Shown one piece after another: positions 20,939 through 32,214 of a stretch of 64,000 bases of DNA; the first letter of the stretch is position 1, and each line of letters starts with the position of its first letter. The notes below the pieces were generated by a model. The model saw only the letters and a list, made by a program, of their open reading frames with translations. It made no database searches and was not told the origin of the DNA. This DNA comes from an uncultured delta proteobacterium (GTDB lineage Bacteria > Desulfobacterota > Zymogenia > Zymogenales > Zymogenaceae). The translations under genes were made by a program, and so were the position numbers. Where the stretch lies: contig CAWBYW010000007.1 in the NCBI GenBank assembly GCA_963792965.1, positions 1 to 64,000 on the forward strand, read 5' to 3'.

Positions 20939-22300
20939 ATGGACACGATCCTGACGATACTGACGCTTGCCGTGGCTAAATCCGTCGCACTTCTGATTCG
21001 GGGAAGCCGCCTCGGCCACGGCTTCACCTGGCCCGGCGAGATTGCGCTGAAGATCGATCCTTCGTTCGTCAGGAATATCATGAAAAGAAATGCCTCCATG
21101 AAGAGCGTGGTCATCGTCGGCACGAACGGCAAGACTACCTCGGCGAAGATCGCGCGTCACGTTCTGGCAAAGAACGGGTTTTCCGTCATCGCAAACGAGA
21201 CCGGGGCAAATCTCAAGAACGGGATCGCCTCCACCCTGATCCAACACGCACGCCTCTCAGGAAGGATCCGGGCGGACGCCGCGATATTCGAGGTGGACGA
21301 GAATGTGCTCCCGCTGCTGCTCGCCGATTTCCACCCCGATGCGATCATGGTCCTCAATCTTTTCCGCGACCAGCTTGACCGGTACGGCGAGGTCAACACG
21401 ATCGCTCTGAAGTGGCACGAGGCCCTCGCCCTGCTGGACGACAAGACCGCTCTCATCATGAACGGCAACGATCCCCAGATCTACTATCTCGGCACGTCCC
21501 TTGGGCATCTTTCCGTTACCTACTTCGGCCTCGACAAGAAGCTCATGAAGAAGCGTTCGTTCCCCCACGAGGCCGACTCGCTCTTCTGTCCGGCCTGCAC
21601 CGAAAAGCTCTTCTATAATGCAATTGCCTATTCCCATATCGGAGATTTTGAGTGTAAGCGATGCGGCTTTCGGCCGGATGGGATCATCGATTATTCCCAA
21701 ACGATCAAGAGTCCGCTCCTGGGCCTTTTCAACCGGTACAACACCAACGCGGTTGCGCTGATGCTCCATCGCGTATTCCGATTGTCTCTGGATAAGATCG
21801 CACGGGATATCGGGGGTTTTGCCGCGGCCTTCGGCAGACAGGAGATCATCGAGTATCACGGAAGAAAAATCGTCATTCAGCTCTCCAAGAACCCGACCGG
21901 CTTCAATCAGTCCATCGAGCTGTTGGAGGAATTTGATCTTCCTGAGCGGAAGGTGCTCCTTCTCCTCAATGACCGAATCCCCGACGGGAGGGACGTCTCA
22001 TGGATCTGGGACGTCGATTTCGAGCTCCTCGTCAGGCTCGCAGGGAAAATCGTCGTGTCCGGCGACCGGGCCTACGACATGGGGATACGACTGACCTATG
22101 CCGGGGGGCGTCGTAATGGGAACGGGAGCACCAAGACGGCGCCGGACGTGACCATTGTCCCTGAGCCTGGGGCGGCCCTCGATGCGGCACTTAATCTGAC
22201 GGCCCCGGGAGAATTCCTCTTTATTCTCCCGACCTACTCGGCGATGCTCGAAATCAGAAATATACTTACCGGCGACGAGTTCAGGCAAAAGACGAGATGA
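20939..22300 (+). CDS. murT: MurT, lipid II isoglutaminyl synthase subunit (Mur ligase + DUF1727)
   Basis: GTNGKTT, EVDE, NLFRDQLDRYGE, CPAC/CKRC Zn ribbon, KNPTG, DGRDVSWIWDVDFE, PTYSAML. Confidence 0.92.
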   Translation: MDTILTILTLAVAKSVALLIRGSRLGHGFTWPGEIALKIDPSFVRNIMKRNASMKSVVIVGTNGKTTSAKIARHVLAKNGFSVIANETGANLKNGIASTLIQHARLSGRIRADAAIFEVDENVLPLLLADFHPDAIMVLNLFRDQLDRYGEVNTIALKWHEALALLDDKTALIMNGNDPQIYYLGTSLGHLSVTYFGLDKKLMKKRSFPHEADSLFCPACTEKLFYNAIAYSHIGDFECKRCGFRPDGIIDYSQTIKSPLLGLFNRYNTNAVALMLHRVFRLSLDKIARDIGGFAAAFGRQEIIEYHGRKIVIQLSKNPTGFNQSIELLEEFDLPERKVLLLLNDRIPDGRDVSWIWDVDFELLVRLAGKIVVSGDRAYDMGIRLTYAGGRRNGNGSTKTAPDVTIVPEPGAALDAALNLTAPGEFLFILPTYSAMLEIRNILTGDEFRQKTR

Positions 22301-23070
22301 CCAGACGACAAGGCATTACCATCGGGTGGCTCTATCCCGACCTGATGAGCACGTACGGCGACCGTGGAAACGTCATGATCCTCACGGCGCGCTGCCGATG
22401 GCGTGGGATCGACGCGCGCGTCACTGAAATATCACTCGGCACCGAGGGAAAGGAGATCAGCTCAGCCGACCTCATCTTCATGGGGGGGGCACAGGACCTG
22501 CAGCAGGAGATCGTCAAGAAAGACCTCATCGGGAAAAAGGAGGGGTTTTTGCGCGAGGCGATCGAAAAGGAGGTGCCGGGGCTCTTCGTTTGCGGGGCGT
22601 ACCAATTCCTCGGTGCCTACTATATCGCGGCGGACGGGACGAAGATTGAGGGGTTGGGCATCTACGACCTGTATACGAAAAGCCCCGGGCTGAAGGCCAA
22701 GCGGCTCATCGGCGACATCATCGTCAGGCCCCATCTGTCGGGGCTTGACCGGACGCTGATCGTCGGCTTCGAGAACCACGGTGGGAGGACCCATCTTGGG
22801 AAGGGGATGAATCCCTTTGCCGAGGTCGTCCACGGTTTCGGGAACAACGGTGAGGACCGCACCGAGGGCGTAATCTACAAAAACACCGTCGGTACCTACC
22901 TCCACGGGCCGATCCTGTCCAAGAACCCGGAGCTTGCCGATTATCTGATCGCGAAAACCCTCGAGGTGAAATACGGCGCGACAGATGCCCTGGCTTCTCT
23001 GGACAACTCGGTCGAGAGAAAGGCACGGGACGTACTATACAAGAGGTATCTCAAAGCGGCACAAGCATGA
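22297..23070 (+). CDS. gatD: GatD, CobQ-like glutamine amidotransferase
   Basis: LYPDLMSTYGDRGN, CGAYQFLG, GFENHGGRT, GTYLHGP; ATGA overlap with murT. Confidence 0.92.
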   Translation: MTRRQGITIGWLYPDLMSTYGDRGNVMILTARCRWRGIDARVTEISLGTEGKEISSADLIFMGGAQDLQQEIVKKDLIGKKEGFLREAIEKEVPGLFVCGAYQFLGAYYIAADGTKIEGLGIYDLYTKSPGLKAKRLIGDIIVRPHLSGLDRTLIVGFENHGGRTHLGKGMNPFAEVVHGFGNNGEDRTEGVIYKNTVGTYLHGPILSKNPELADYLIAKTLEVKYGATDALASLDNSVERKARDVLYKRYLKAAQA

Positions 23071-23168
23071 TCGACCGAGTGGCCGGGATACTACAAATAC
23101 CCGGCCTCCTTAGCTGAAGATCGGTATAGTGTCTCAGCACGAGAGAGTGACTGACGCTATCCGGAGGA

Positions 23169-24041
23169 ATGCCCATGATCATCGATATGCATATCCACCC
23201 GTTCTGTAAAGAGGCGACCGTACTGCCGAATATGGAAGAGGCGGCGCGGCGTCTCTACGGCGGCATGGCCGATAAGGAGCGCTTCAAGAACATCACCGCG
23301 GCGCTCGCGTACGTTTTTACCCAGAAGAGCGTCGGCGATATCATCACGGAGATGGACAATGCGGGGGTAGACAAGGCCGTGATCGTGGGTGCCGACTATA
23401 CGACCGCTTCGGGGGTCGTAGCCGTCACAAACGAAGACGTCCGGCGGCTCTCTTCCCAATACCCGGATCGGTTCATCCCCTTTGCCGGCATCGATCCCTC
23501 GCTGGGTCGCGCGGCCGTGGACGCGCTTGTTCGGGCCGTGAATGATCTGGGCTGCCGGGGGATGAAGCTCGTCCCGCCGATGCAGCATTTCGTCTTCTCC
23601 GATGAAAAATTCCACCGGCTCTGGGAGGCGGCGATCAAGCTTGACATCATTGTCTGGACCCATACGGCGCACCAGATGTCCACACCGGGCTCCAACGCCC
23701 TGTTGGGCCACCCGATGCTCATAGAGCCGGTCGCCCTGAAGTATCCCGAGCTCAAGATCGTTATGGGCCACTGCGGGTTCCCCTGGCAGATGGAGGCCTG
23801 GTCGCTGGCGGCCAGACACCCCAACGTCTATATCGATATATCGGCTTATCCCGATCTCTACCACTACTTCCCCTGGGACGCCTACTCGAAATACAACGCC
23901 GAGCATAAAGTCCTCTTTGCCACGGATAACCCGCTTCGCGGCTTCGGTGAGACCCTCGATGCGCTGCGGAGAGTGGATATTTCGCCGGAGTTCAGGAAGA
24001 AGATTGAGGGGGAAAATGCGCGGGCCCTCCTCGGGCTATAG
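23169..24041 (+). CDS. Amidohydrolase_2 family protein
   Basis: IIDMHIH, HT, MGHCG-P, NVYIDIS, VLFATDNP. Confidence 0.88.
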   Translation: MPMIIDMHIHPFCKEATVLPNMEEAARRLYGGMADKERFKNITAALAYVFTQKSVGDIITEMDNAGVDKAVIVGADYTTASGVVAVTNEDVRRLSSQYPDRFIPFAGIDPSLGRAAVDALVRAVNDLGCRGMKLVPPMQHFVFSDEKFHRLWEAAIKLDIIVWTHTAHQMSTPGSNALLGHPMLIEPVALKYPELKIVMGHCGFPWQMEAWSLAARHPNVYIDISAYPDLYHYFPWDAYSKYNAEHKVLFATDNPLRGFGETLDALRRVDISPEFRKKIEGENARALLGL

Positions 24042-24086
24042 CGGATAACGCTATCGGGCAATCGGCCTTCCAGCACGCCGTTACCG

Positions 24087-24120
24087 AAAAAAAGGGGCGA
24101 TAGAAGATCGCCCCTTTTTT
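24087..24120. terminator. Bidirectional terminator
   Basis: A7-ggggcgat/atcgcccc-T6 between convergent genes. Confidence 0.88.
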
Positions 24121-24166
24121 CTTCATTCCTATTGCCGACGCGATGCCGTGACCGCCGCCCGACGGC

Positions 24167-27100
24167 TCAGTTTATCAAGCCCAACAGCCCCTGCCAGAGA
24201 ATCTTCAATTGCAGCGACGCGGGAAGCTTTATCCCGGCCGTACCCTCCGTGGGCGCCCCCGCCACGAAGGATATCTCTTCGGTCGGCCCGAGCTCTTTGC
24301 CGCCGGGGAAGAGGGCCGCCACGGAGACATAGTACGTCCTTAGCGGGGACAAGCCCCGGCAGGACGAGCTTTGTGTCCTTCGTCTCGTAGACGCTCGTGT
24401 ATTTTCCGCTCTGAGTGCCGAGATAGACCTTGTAGCTCTGCGGATCGCCCTTGGCCTTATCCCAGAGGACGTATGTCTTGCCGCCCTCGGAGGCGGCGAT
24501 AATCCCGTCGGGGGCGGCGGGGGTCTCGACGAACGGCTCGCCCTGAATCACGCCCATCCTCCCGCCGCTCACCACAATGACCGGATCGGCAAATGCGATG
24601 AGGTCTTGTTTGGTGTCTTCAGGGAGCGTATCGCCTTCGAAGAACGGCGATCATGAGAGAGAACCCCTCCCCGTATCCGTTATAAGACGGCGCGGAACTC
24701 TCGTAGGACTCGCCGCTCAGTGACGCCGCCTCATACCCGATCCGCTTTCCCCAGGTCGGCTGGTAGTACTGAGGTCCGAAGTAGGTTCCAAAGGGGTTGA
24801 GCTTGAGGGAGAACGACGCCTTCTCCGGGTCATAAGAGAGTTTCAATGGCATGAACGCAAAGTCGGACCGGACGGTATTGTCCAGCGCCACGGCAATCCC
24901 GGACCCGCCGCCGGCGACGGCGGCGTATTCCGCGGTGACATGGTTGTTGACGTCTGCGAGATTAAGGTTTTCGTCGGAATGTTTAAAGTAATCCAGAGGG
25001 TAGGACGATTCGACACCGAGAAAGTCGCGCTTGATGACCACAAACGGGGCTTTCTTCGTGGCGGTGGACGCCATGATAAGCTCGGCCGGCGCAGTCTCAT
25101 ACCACCCACGGTCGAGCTTCCTCAAGAGCGTGACCGGTTTTCCCATGCCCATCAGGTCTTTCTTAGGTGTCTTGGGATAGACGATCTCGCCGTCCAGAAA
25201 GAGGTAAGGAACGCCGTCGAGCAGGGTCAACCGATAATCGACAAATCCCGGCTGGCCGCCCTTGATCTCGGGAATGTTGAAATCGCCGAATATCCTGATC
25301 CGGGCCACTCCCTCAGTCCCGTCATTTTCCACCGCGACTTTCAATGTCTTTGGAGAAAGCTCGATCGTCTTTTCTTTATCCTTCGCCCGGTAGGTGATCT
25401 TGGGCAGCAGGCTCTTCTCGTTGAGGTACTTCTTCTTATTGAACGAAACGGTTTTGACGATACCCTCGTTGGATACCTCGAGCCTGATGGTATCGTTCGT
25501 GAGGACGCCCGCAGCCGCGGCGGTCTTGAAGCCGACCACGGGATAGATCCCCTTGGGGCCGTGGAAGAGGAAATAGGGGCCGGATCCTTCATCGGGTGAG
25601 AAAAAGAGCGTCACGAGTGCGACCGTGCCGTCGGCGGAGAGGTGTGATGTAATTACATACGGTATCGTTATCTTACCGCTCGGCCCAAGGATATAGAACC
25701 CCTCGTTGGGGACCGAAAGGCCCGAAAGGTCAAAGGTGACGAATGTGAAGTCAGAGGGTCGTGCCTCCGTGGTGTTGGAGAGCGTCAGAAACGCATCGAT
25801 GAATTTCATGCCTTGCACGGGCGGCTTGGGCGCAATCACTTTGTTCAGCTTTTCGGACAACGCGGTCCGCGCCGCCTCCCGCGCCGTGCGGGAAGCGATA
25901 AGCATCTGGTCGATGATTGATCGAGCGGCAAACTCCCGATCCGTACAGAGGAGGGGGGTCGCCATGCCGAAGTGGGTAGTGGACAGAAGCCGCATCCTGA
26001 GGGCGAGGGAGGCTGCCAGGAGCTCTTGTTGCTCGGGTGGAATGATATCCGAGAGCTGCGCGGGCTCTTTTGGCGGAGTAATCTTCCTTGTGTTATATTC
26101 CCTGAGCTTGATGGCCCGGTTGAAGAGCTCCGACGCCGTGTGATTGCGCCGGTCTTCCATGATACTGGTCCAGTATTCGTGGCTCGTGGTTTTTTCCGCC
26201 CACGGATTGTACCCATCGAAGTTTCCGTCGGCCGTGTCTTGCCCGAAGGTGATCTCCCTTTTCGGCTTATGGGTCTTCAGATAGTCCGAGAGGGTGGTGA
26301 ATTTCACGTAGTCGAGTGCATCGGCCTCGTCGATCAGCCGCCCGAGGCCGCCGGTGTTCGGGAGCCATTTGAGATAGAACGGAAGCTTATATCCATACCA
26401 GTAGGAGTCATCGGCGTCAAAATTAATGAATATCAGGACGTCCCCTTTTATTTTCCCCTCCAGCTGCAGACGGTGAACATCGCGGGCCCACTTGGTCAGG
26501 GAGACATTTTCTATGAGGTCTCCGACGTTGTAAGTCGGGATGACGGTCATGACGTCGCCCGTCTCTTTGTTCTTATAGGTCAAGGGGTTGAGGGCTTCCT
26601 CGATCGACAGCGGAGGCAAAAATACCCGCATGTTGTCGAACGGGATGGCGCTGTAGTAGAGTGCCACCGCCTCGATCCCGAGCTTCTTGTAGACCCCGAA
26701 CGACCCGGGCGACGTCATCCCCTCCTGGGGCCGGACAATCGGTGTGTACTTCCCGAAAAGGTCTTTGATCCCCGATCCCTCGGGATTGGTAATCGCTTTT
26801 TCTATCGACTCGGTCAGCTCTCCCTCCGTCATCACCGAGGCAAGGCCGTTATCATAGGACATGAGGATGACCTCATCCTTCCCTCCTTCGACCCGTTTCC
26901 TTATATCGGCAATGATGTCGGGGGCGTATTTTGGGAGGATTTCCTGAAGTGTGAAGAGGTTATCGATATCCCAGACCGCCTTGACGCCGCTTCCGGATTT
27001 GTTGCGCTCATTCATCGTCTTGATGATGCTCTTGATGACCCGGATGTCCTTTCCGAAGCCGGCCTCATCATTGGTGTCTCCGCGATAGGAATGATAGAGG

Positions 27101-27252
27101 TTGGTATGAAAGCCGAGCGCGACGTAGACCTTGCTGTTCGTCGTTTTCCCGATCGTAGGAAGCCGTGGAATGAGCGATACCTTGATAAAGAAGGCGGCGA
27201 GCGCAATAATGACAAGATAGAGCAAAAGACGACGGCCCTTCCTCCGTGGCAT
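24167..27252 (-). CDS. Large membrane-anchored GH57/GH38-like glycoside hydrolase/deacetylase-fold protein with C-terminal FN3-like domain; frameshifts near 24630 and 24350
   Basis: ATG at 27252 after GAGGAGG; N-terminal TM; FHTNLYHSY, RPQE, NFDADDSYW; W...SYKVYLGTQSGKY...GL...YYVSVAA in downstream fragments. Confidence 0.6.
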
Positions 27253-27277
27253 ATGATCCTCCTCGCTATAAAAAAAG

Positions 27278-27698
27278 ACCGAAGCAGGCAATAAGCCGAG
27301 TTCTGTTCCCCGAAATCCGGGGCGATGATCATTCATCTAGGACCGCGGTTACCCGCGGCCTCAAGCAACCTACCCGGGAGGCTCGGACGGGCAGCCCTCA
27401 ACCCTTTCGCATCGCCTCCCTATTTGGTCTTGCTCCGGGTGGGGTTTACCAAGCCGGCCCGATGTCACCACCGGGCCCGGTGAGCTCTTACCTCGCCTTT
27501 TCACCCTTACCCGGCCACCCTAGCATTGTCGCTCGTCAAAAATCTCCCCTGTATGAGCGGAGCCGGCGGTCTATTTTCTGTGGCACTTTCCTTGGGGTCG
27601 CCCCCACTGGGTGTTACCCAGCACCCTGCCCTGTGGAGCTCGGACTTTCCTCCGCCGTATCTTTGCGATCCGGCGGCGATCGCCTTGCCTGCTTCGGT
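27278..27698 (-). ncRNA. rnpB: RNase P RNA (class A)
   Basis: GAGGAAAGTCCGAGC, GAAAGTGCCACAGAAA, GGTAAACCCC and ACAGAACTCGGCTTA on -; terminal P1 accgaagcaggc/gcctgcttcggt. Confidence 0.97.
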
Positions 27699-27859
27699 TA
27701 TCTCTCTATCAAATAAACCCTATCTCTTTATGGCGGCTTTATCGAAACGGAATAAAGCAACAAAAGATGCTCTCGGAAAAGCCGCTCTGTGCGCGCACAA
27801 TAACTTCGTGGTGTGAGCTTGCCTGCCGTCGGTCCGACACCGCTGAGGCGGGGCAGCGC

Positions 27860-28435
27860 TCATCCGTTTCCTTTTTCGGCGGCCCGCTTGGCCAGCCGAT
27901 CGGCCTTTCCGTTCTCTTCCCGATCGACATGTATTATATCAAAATGGTCAAAAGAATCAATAATTTCCATCGCCTCTCGAGCGAGTGATTGAAGCTTTTC
28001 ATCCTTGATACGGTATTCCCCGTTTATCTGCTTGACCATGAGCTCCGAGTCGCCGCGGACGTGAACGCGCAACGCTCCGAGAGCGCGCGCGCGCGCAAGT
28101 CCCAGTATCAGCGCCCGGTATTCGGCGACGTTGTTGGTGCCCGCCCCAAGAGGTTGCGAGATCGTCGCGATCTCCTTTTTATGTGCATCAAGGATTACCA
28201 CCCCGGCGCCGGAAGGGCCGGGATTGCCTATCGAGGCGCCGTCCACATGGACGATCAGCTCAGTCTGAGTCGGGGCATTCGGCGGATCAAGGTGATGTGC
28301 GGCAAAGAGGAGAAGGTCACGCACCAGCTGGCCGTCCATATCGTGGATCGCACCGGAAACGGCCCTGATGCCCTCGTCCTGGGCGAGCCTCATCAGGAGC
28401 TGAGATGCCGCCGCCTTCTTCTCTTCTTGCCTCAC
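27860..28435 (-). CDS. rnhA: Ribonuclease HI family with N-terminal extension
   Basis: VDGASIGNPGPSGAG, TNNVAEY, GDSELMVKQ, REENGKADRLA. Confidence 0.92.
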   Translation of the reverse strand: MRQEEKKAAASQLLMRLAQDEGIRAVSGAIHDMDGQLVRDLLLFAAHHLDPPNAPTQTELIVHVDGASIGNPGPSGAGVVILDAHKKEIATISQPLGAGTNNVAEYRALILGLARARALGALRVHVRGDSELMVKQINGEYRIKDEKLQSLAREAMEIIDSFDHFDIIHVDREENGKADRLAKRAAEKGNG

Positions 28436-29175
28436 CTGCCGTTCTCCTTAGGCGCTGCGACTTCGGGATCCTCATCGAGGTAAATGAGTCGGGCGCAGTT
28501 CGGACAAGTCTTTATGTCTTTGTCACGCAACATCTCGTTGAAGAACTGCGGCGGGAGATTCATGAAACACCCCTTGCAGACCCCTTTCTTCACCTTTACG
28601 AGTACCGGCCCGTTTTGATGGGCCCTGGTGAGGCGCTCGTAGGTCGCCAGAAACGGCGGGTCAACCTCTCCGGCGAGCTTCTTCCTGATCTTTTCTTTCT
28701 CTGCAACCTGATCTTCGGTCTGACGCGCCTTCTCGGTGAGCGCGTCGATGTCTGCTTGAATCGTCACCGACTTACCGCTCAATTCCTTTTCCTTTTCCGA
28801 AATCTCGCCTTTGAGGGCGTCAAGCTGTTCCATTGTCACGAGAATCTGCTCTTCCAGACGGGAATTGGCCTCCTTATGTTCGTCGATCTCCTTGAGGGCG
28901 GCCTGGTACTCTTTGTTGGTCTTAACGTCCGTGAGCTTCTTTTCAGAATGGCCGAGGCGCTCTTCCTCGTCCTTCAGCTTCGACTCTTTCCCCTTCTTCT
29001 CCTTCTCCAGCATCTCAGCGCGCTCGATCTCGTGCTGCAGGGCGGATTGGGCCCGATTCAATTCCTCGGTCAGCGTCTTGATCTTCCGTGGAATCTCGAC
29101 TTTTTCCTTCCTCAGGGACATGATCTCCGTATCCACCTCCTGGAGGCGGATCAACAACGTCACTTCGGGTTTCAC
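28432..29175 (-). CDS. Coiled-coil C4 zinc-ribbon protein (DUF164-like)
   Basis: Long coiled coil with TNKEYQA; CKGCFM...CPNCARLIY. Confidence 0.92.
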   Translation of the reverse strand: MKPEVTLLIRLQEVDTEIMSLRKEKVEIPRKIKTLTEELNRAQSALQHEIERAEMLEKEKKGKESKLKDEEERLGHSEKKLTDVKTNKEYQAALKEIDEHKEANSRLEEQILVTMEQLDALKGEISEKEKELSGKSVTIQADIDALTEKARQTEDQVAEKEKIRKKLAGEVDPPFLATYERLTRAHQNGPVLVKVKKGVCKGCFMNLPPQFFNEMLRDKDIKTCPNCARLIYLDEDPEVAAPKENGR

Positions 29176-29234
29176 CGCACCCTCCGTATCATGATATCCG
29201 ATGTCATATTTAGTGGTTTCCTTTCATAAAATCT

Positions 29235-30048
29235 TCAGGTACAGATAAACGGGTCATTACCGTCGATCGTGAGGACGGAAAGGGCCCACCTTTTCTTGCG
29301 CGCCGTTTCGGTCAGGATACGCGCGGTTTTCAGGATAACAGGCATCTCCGTCCAGAGGTGCCCCGCCTCTATCACGCTCAATCCAAGTGCGCGTGCCTCC
29401 AGCGCCGTCGTGGTACCTAATTTCTCCGACAATCAGCAGATCGACCCCGGAGGCGGCCGCCGTCGAGACAAAATCTCCCCCGCTTCCCGCGCAGACGGCC
29501 ACGGAACGGATCGGCCTTCGATCGTCACCGACGGACCGGATCATCGGGGCTCCGAGGGCCTTCTTCACAAAGGCCGCAATTTCGACAAGCTTCATCGGGG
29601 TCTTGAGGCGTCCCTGTACGACGACGCCATCCTCACGCTCGGTTTCGCTCGGCGTGTCCGTTTGGGGGAGGGGAGCTATGCCTGTCAGGGACAACCGTTG
29701 CGCGAGGGTAAAACTCGTGCCTGACAGCGAGTGATCGAGGCTCGTGTGCGACGAGTAAACGGAGAGGTTGCCGGTGACGGCGGCGGCGATCGCCTTTCCC
29801 GCGCCCGTGCGCGTATCGACGGAGGTAATGGCGGGAAAGATGAGAGGATGATGGGTAATCAAGAGCTCTGCCTTCCGATCGACGGCGCTCCTGACGCTGA
29901 CCTCGTCCGCATCAAGGGCGAGCGCGACCACGTTGACTTCTGAAGCAAGATCGCCGACCTGAAGGCCTGAGTTGTCCCAGTGGTCCGATCCTTCCAGAGG
30001 GGCGTAGGCCTCAATGACGTCAGTAATGTCGGAAACCTTCAGGGTCAT
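29235..30048 (-). CDS. Nif3-like dinuclear metal-centre protein; frameshift near 29415
   Basis: WDNSGLQVG, THHPLIF, HTSLD, VAVCAGSG; IEAGH--TE in the second frame. Confidence 0.88.
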
Positions 30049-30051
30049 GAG

Positions 30052-30078
30052 AAAAAAAAAGGTGCCTTTTCGGCACCT
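30052..30078 (-). terminator. Intrinsic terminator after the tRNA, abutting the nif3 start
   Basis: On -: AGGTGCC-GAAAA-GGCACC-T9. Confidence 0.78.
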
Positions 30079-30172
30079 CTTCCTCAACGGGTCATTGAGA
30101 CCTCTTTTTGAGATGAGCAGCTTTTGTCTTTTATCGTTTTCGTTTTCACCGCGGCACGTTTTACCCGTTTTT

Positions 30173-30248
30173 TGGTGGGCCCACCAGGATTCGAACCTGG
30201 GACCGTCCGGTTATGAGCCGGTGGCTCTGCCAGCTGAGCTATGGGCCC
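30173..30248 (-). tRNA. tRNA with CAT anticodon, most likely tRNA-Ile2 (lysidine)
   Basis: GGGCCCATAGCTCAGCTGGCAGAGC...CTCATAA...GGTTCGAATCC...GGGCCCACCA, 76 nt; downstream of rpoD like ileX. Confidence 0.92.
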
Positions 30249-30449
30249 AAGAAAGTTCTTATCTTAATAATTGTACCGGAATGGCTCGTATGAGTCAAGG
30301 AAAAACTCCGGCTCGGCCCGCTCTCCATCGCGTCCGAATGCGTCTTTTCTCTTCCCCTCTCGTGCCGCTCGGTCTCTTCCGAGACCTTTTGCACTTACCA
30401 TCTCTCCGGAGGTCGCGGCGAAGCTTCCGCGCACCTCACGATTCCTCTA

Positions 30450-32210
30450 TCATCCCTCGATGAAGCTCTTGAGCTTTTTGCTCCGGGAAGGGTGACGAAG
30501 CTTCCTCAACGCCTTGGCCTCGATCTGCCTGATCCTCTCGCGTGTGACGTCGAAATCCTGGCCGACCTCCTCAAGGGTATGGTCCGATTTCTCACCGATC
30601 CCGAAGCGTTTCCTCAACACCTTCTCTTCACGCGGGGTAAGGGTGGCGAGCACCTTCCTGGTCTGCTCGGAGAGGTTGACGTTGATGATCGCCTCCGATG
30701 GGGAGAGGATCTTCTTGTCTTCGATGAAATCGCCGAGGTGACTGTCTTCCTCCTCGCCGATAGGCGTCTCCAGTGAGATCGGTTCTTTAGCGATCTTGAG
30801 GACTTTCCGAACCTTATCCAGCGGCAGCTCCATCTTCTCGGCGATCTCCTCCGGCGTCGGCTCGCGTCCCTTCTCCTGAACAAGATACCGTGAGGTCCTG
30901 ATGAGCTTATTGATCGTTTCGATCATGTGCACGGGGATACGGATGGTGCGTGCCTGGTCGGCGATCGCCCGTGTGATCGCCTGCCGGATCCACCAGGTGG
31001 CGTACGTGGAGAACTTGTACCCGCGCTGATACTCGAACTTATCCACCGCTTTCATGAGGCCGACGTTTCCTTCCTGGATCAGGTCGAGGAACTGGAGCCC
31101 GCGGTTGGTGTATTTCTTCGCGATACTGACCACGAGGCGCAGGTTTGCCTTCACGAGCTCGTTTTTTGCCTCCGATTCGACCCGCTCGCCTTCTTCGATT
31201 TTCTTTACCGTCTCCTTGATATGACGGGCGGTCATCTCGGCCTCTTGCTCGGCCCTTTTGACCTTTCTCGCCGAATTCTTGAGGGTGCGATTCATTTCCC
31301 TCAGTTCATCCTGCGAGACCTTGAGTGATTTGGCCGCTGCCTTCAGATCTTGATCGCTTTTCTCCGACTTCTTGAAGAGTTTCTTCAGCTCTTTTACCGG
31401 TAGATTGGTCTTGAACTCAAGTTCCTTGATCTCCTGCTCACCCTTTTTTACCCGGTCCTTGAAGGACTTGAGCCGTGAGGAGATCCGGTAAACCTGTTTC
31501 TTGTCGAGATCGAGCTCAAGAAGGATTCGACTCATCTCATTGGTATACTCGGTTATGGTGTTCTTTATGCTCTCTCTATCCTCTGAAAAGGCAAGCGCCT
31601 TTTTTTCATTCCGTATGGCTTCATCTAATTCCTTGATACGGCACACGCCGTCAATAAATGATTCCCTCCTCTCTTTCTCATCTTTCTTCGAGAGTGAATA
31701 TTCGTCATTGAGGCCTTTGAGAATATCCTTGATCTTTACTTTGTCTTTTATGATCTTGTCACAGAGGACGGTTATCTCCCGCAGAGCGACGGGGGTGTTC
31801 AGAACTGTATCGCGCGTCATCATGGAGCCCTTTTCAATCCTCTTGGCGATCTCGACCTCTCCCTCCCGGGTGAGGAGCGCAATAGATCCCATCTCACGGA
31901 GGTACATCCTGACCGGGTCGTTGGTCTTGCCGAGGCTCCCCGGCAGGTAGTCGATTTCTTCCTGCTCGACCTCTTCCTCTTCTTCCTCTTCGGCCAGTGC
32001 TTCGGTGGTACCGTTCGCTATTTTGAATTTCTTCGCGGAGTCGACAATGTCAATATCCATCTCCCCGAACATGTTCATAATGTCGTCGAGCTGATCCGGG
32101 TAGAGATCGGGGGGGAGGAGGTCGTTGACTTCATCGTAAGTGAGAAATCCTTTTTCCTTTCCTAAATTAATGAGCTGCTTGACCTCATCAATTCCGGAAT
32201 TCTTCGCCAT
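30450..32210 (-). CDS. rpoD: RNA polymerase sigma factor RpoD
   Basis: [57 protein letters not shown]. Confidence 0.98.
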   Translation of the reverse strand: MAKNSGIDEVKQLINLGKEKGFLTYDEVNDLLPPDLYPDQLDDIMNMFGEMDIDIVDSAKKFKIANGTTEALAEEEEEEEVEQEEIDYLPGSLGKTNDPVRMYLREMGSIALLTREGEVEIAKRIEKGSMMTRDTVLNTPVALREITVLCDKIIKDKVKIKDILKGLNDEYSLSKKDEKERRESFIDGVCRIKELDEAIRNEKKALAFSEDRESIKNTITEYTNEMSRILLELDLDKKQVYRISSRLKSFKDRVKKGEQEIKELEFKTNLPVKELKKLFKKSEKSDQDLKAAAKSLKVSQDELREMNRTLKNSARKVKRAEQEAEMTARHIKETVKKIEEGERVESEAKNELVKANLRLVVSIAKKYTNRGLQFLDLIQEGNVGLMKAVDKFEYQRGYKFSTYATWWIRQAITRAIADQARTIRIPVHMIETINKLIRTSRYLVQEKGREPTPEEIAEKMELPLDKVRKVLKIAKEPISLETPIGEEEDSHLGDFIEDKKILSPSEAIINVNLSEQTRKVLATLTPREEKVLRKRFGIGEKSDHTLEEVGQDFDVTRERIRQIEAKALRKLRHPSRSKKLKSFIEG

Positions 32211-32214
32211 AAAA

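Noticed and set aside
25972-27294. 440-aa + strand ORF
   Set aside because: Antisense shadow of the GH57-like gene
27246-27988. ORFs overlapping rnpB, and the 27336 start of the large gene
   Set aside because: The region is RNase P RNA; the RBS-supported start is 27252
30090-30260. Integrated element at the tRNA
   Set aside because: No integrase or duplicated tRNA 3' end seen; flanks are core genes
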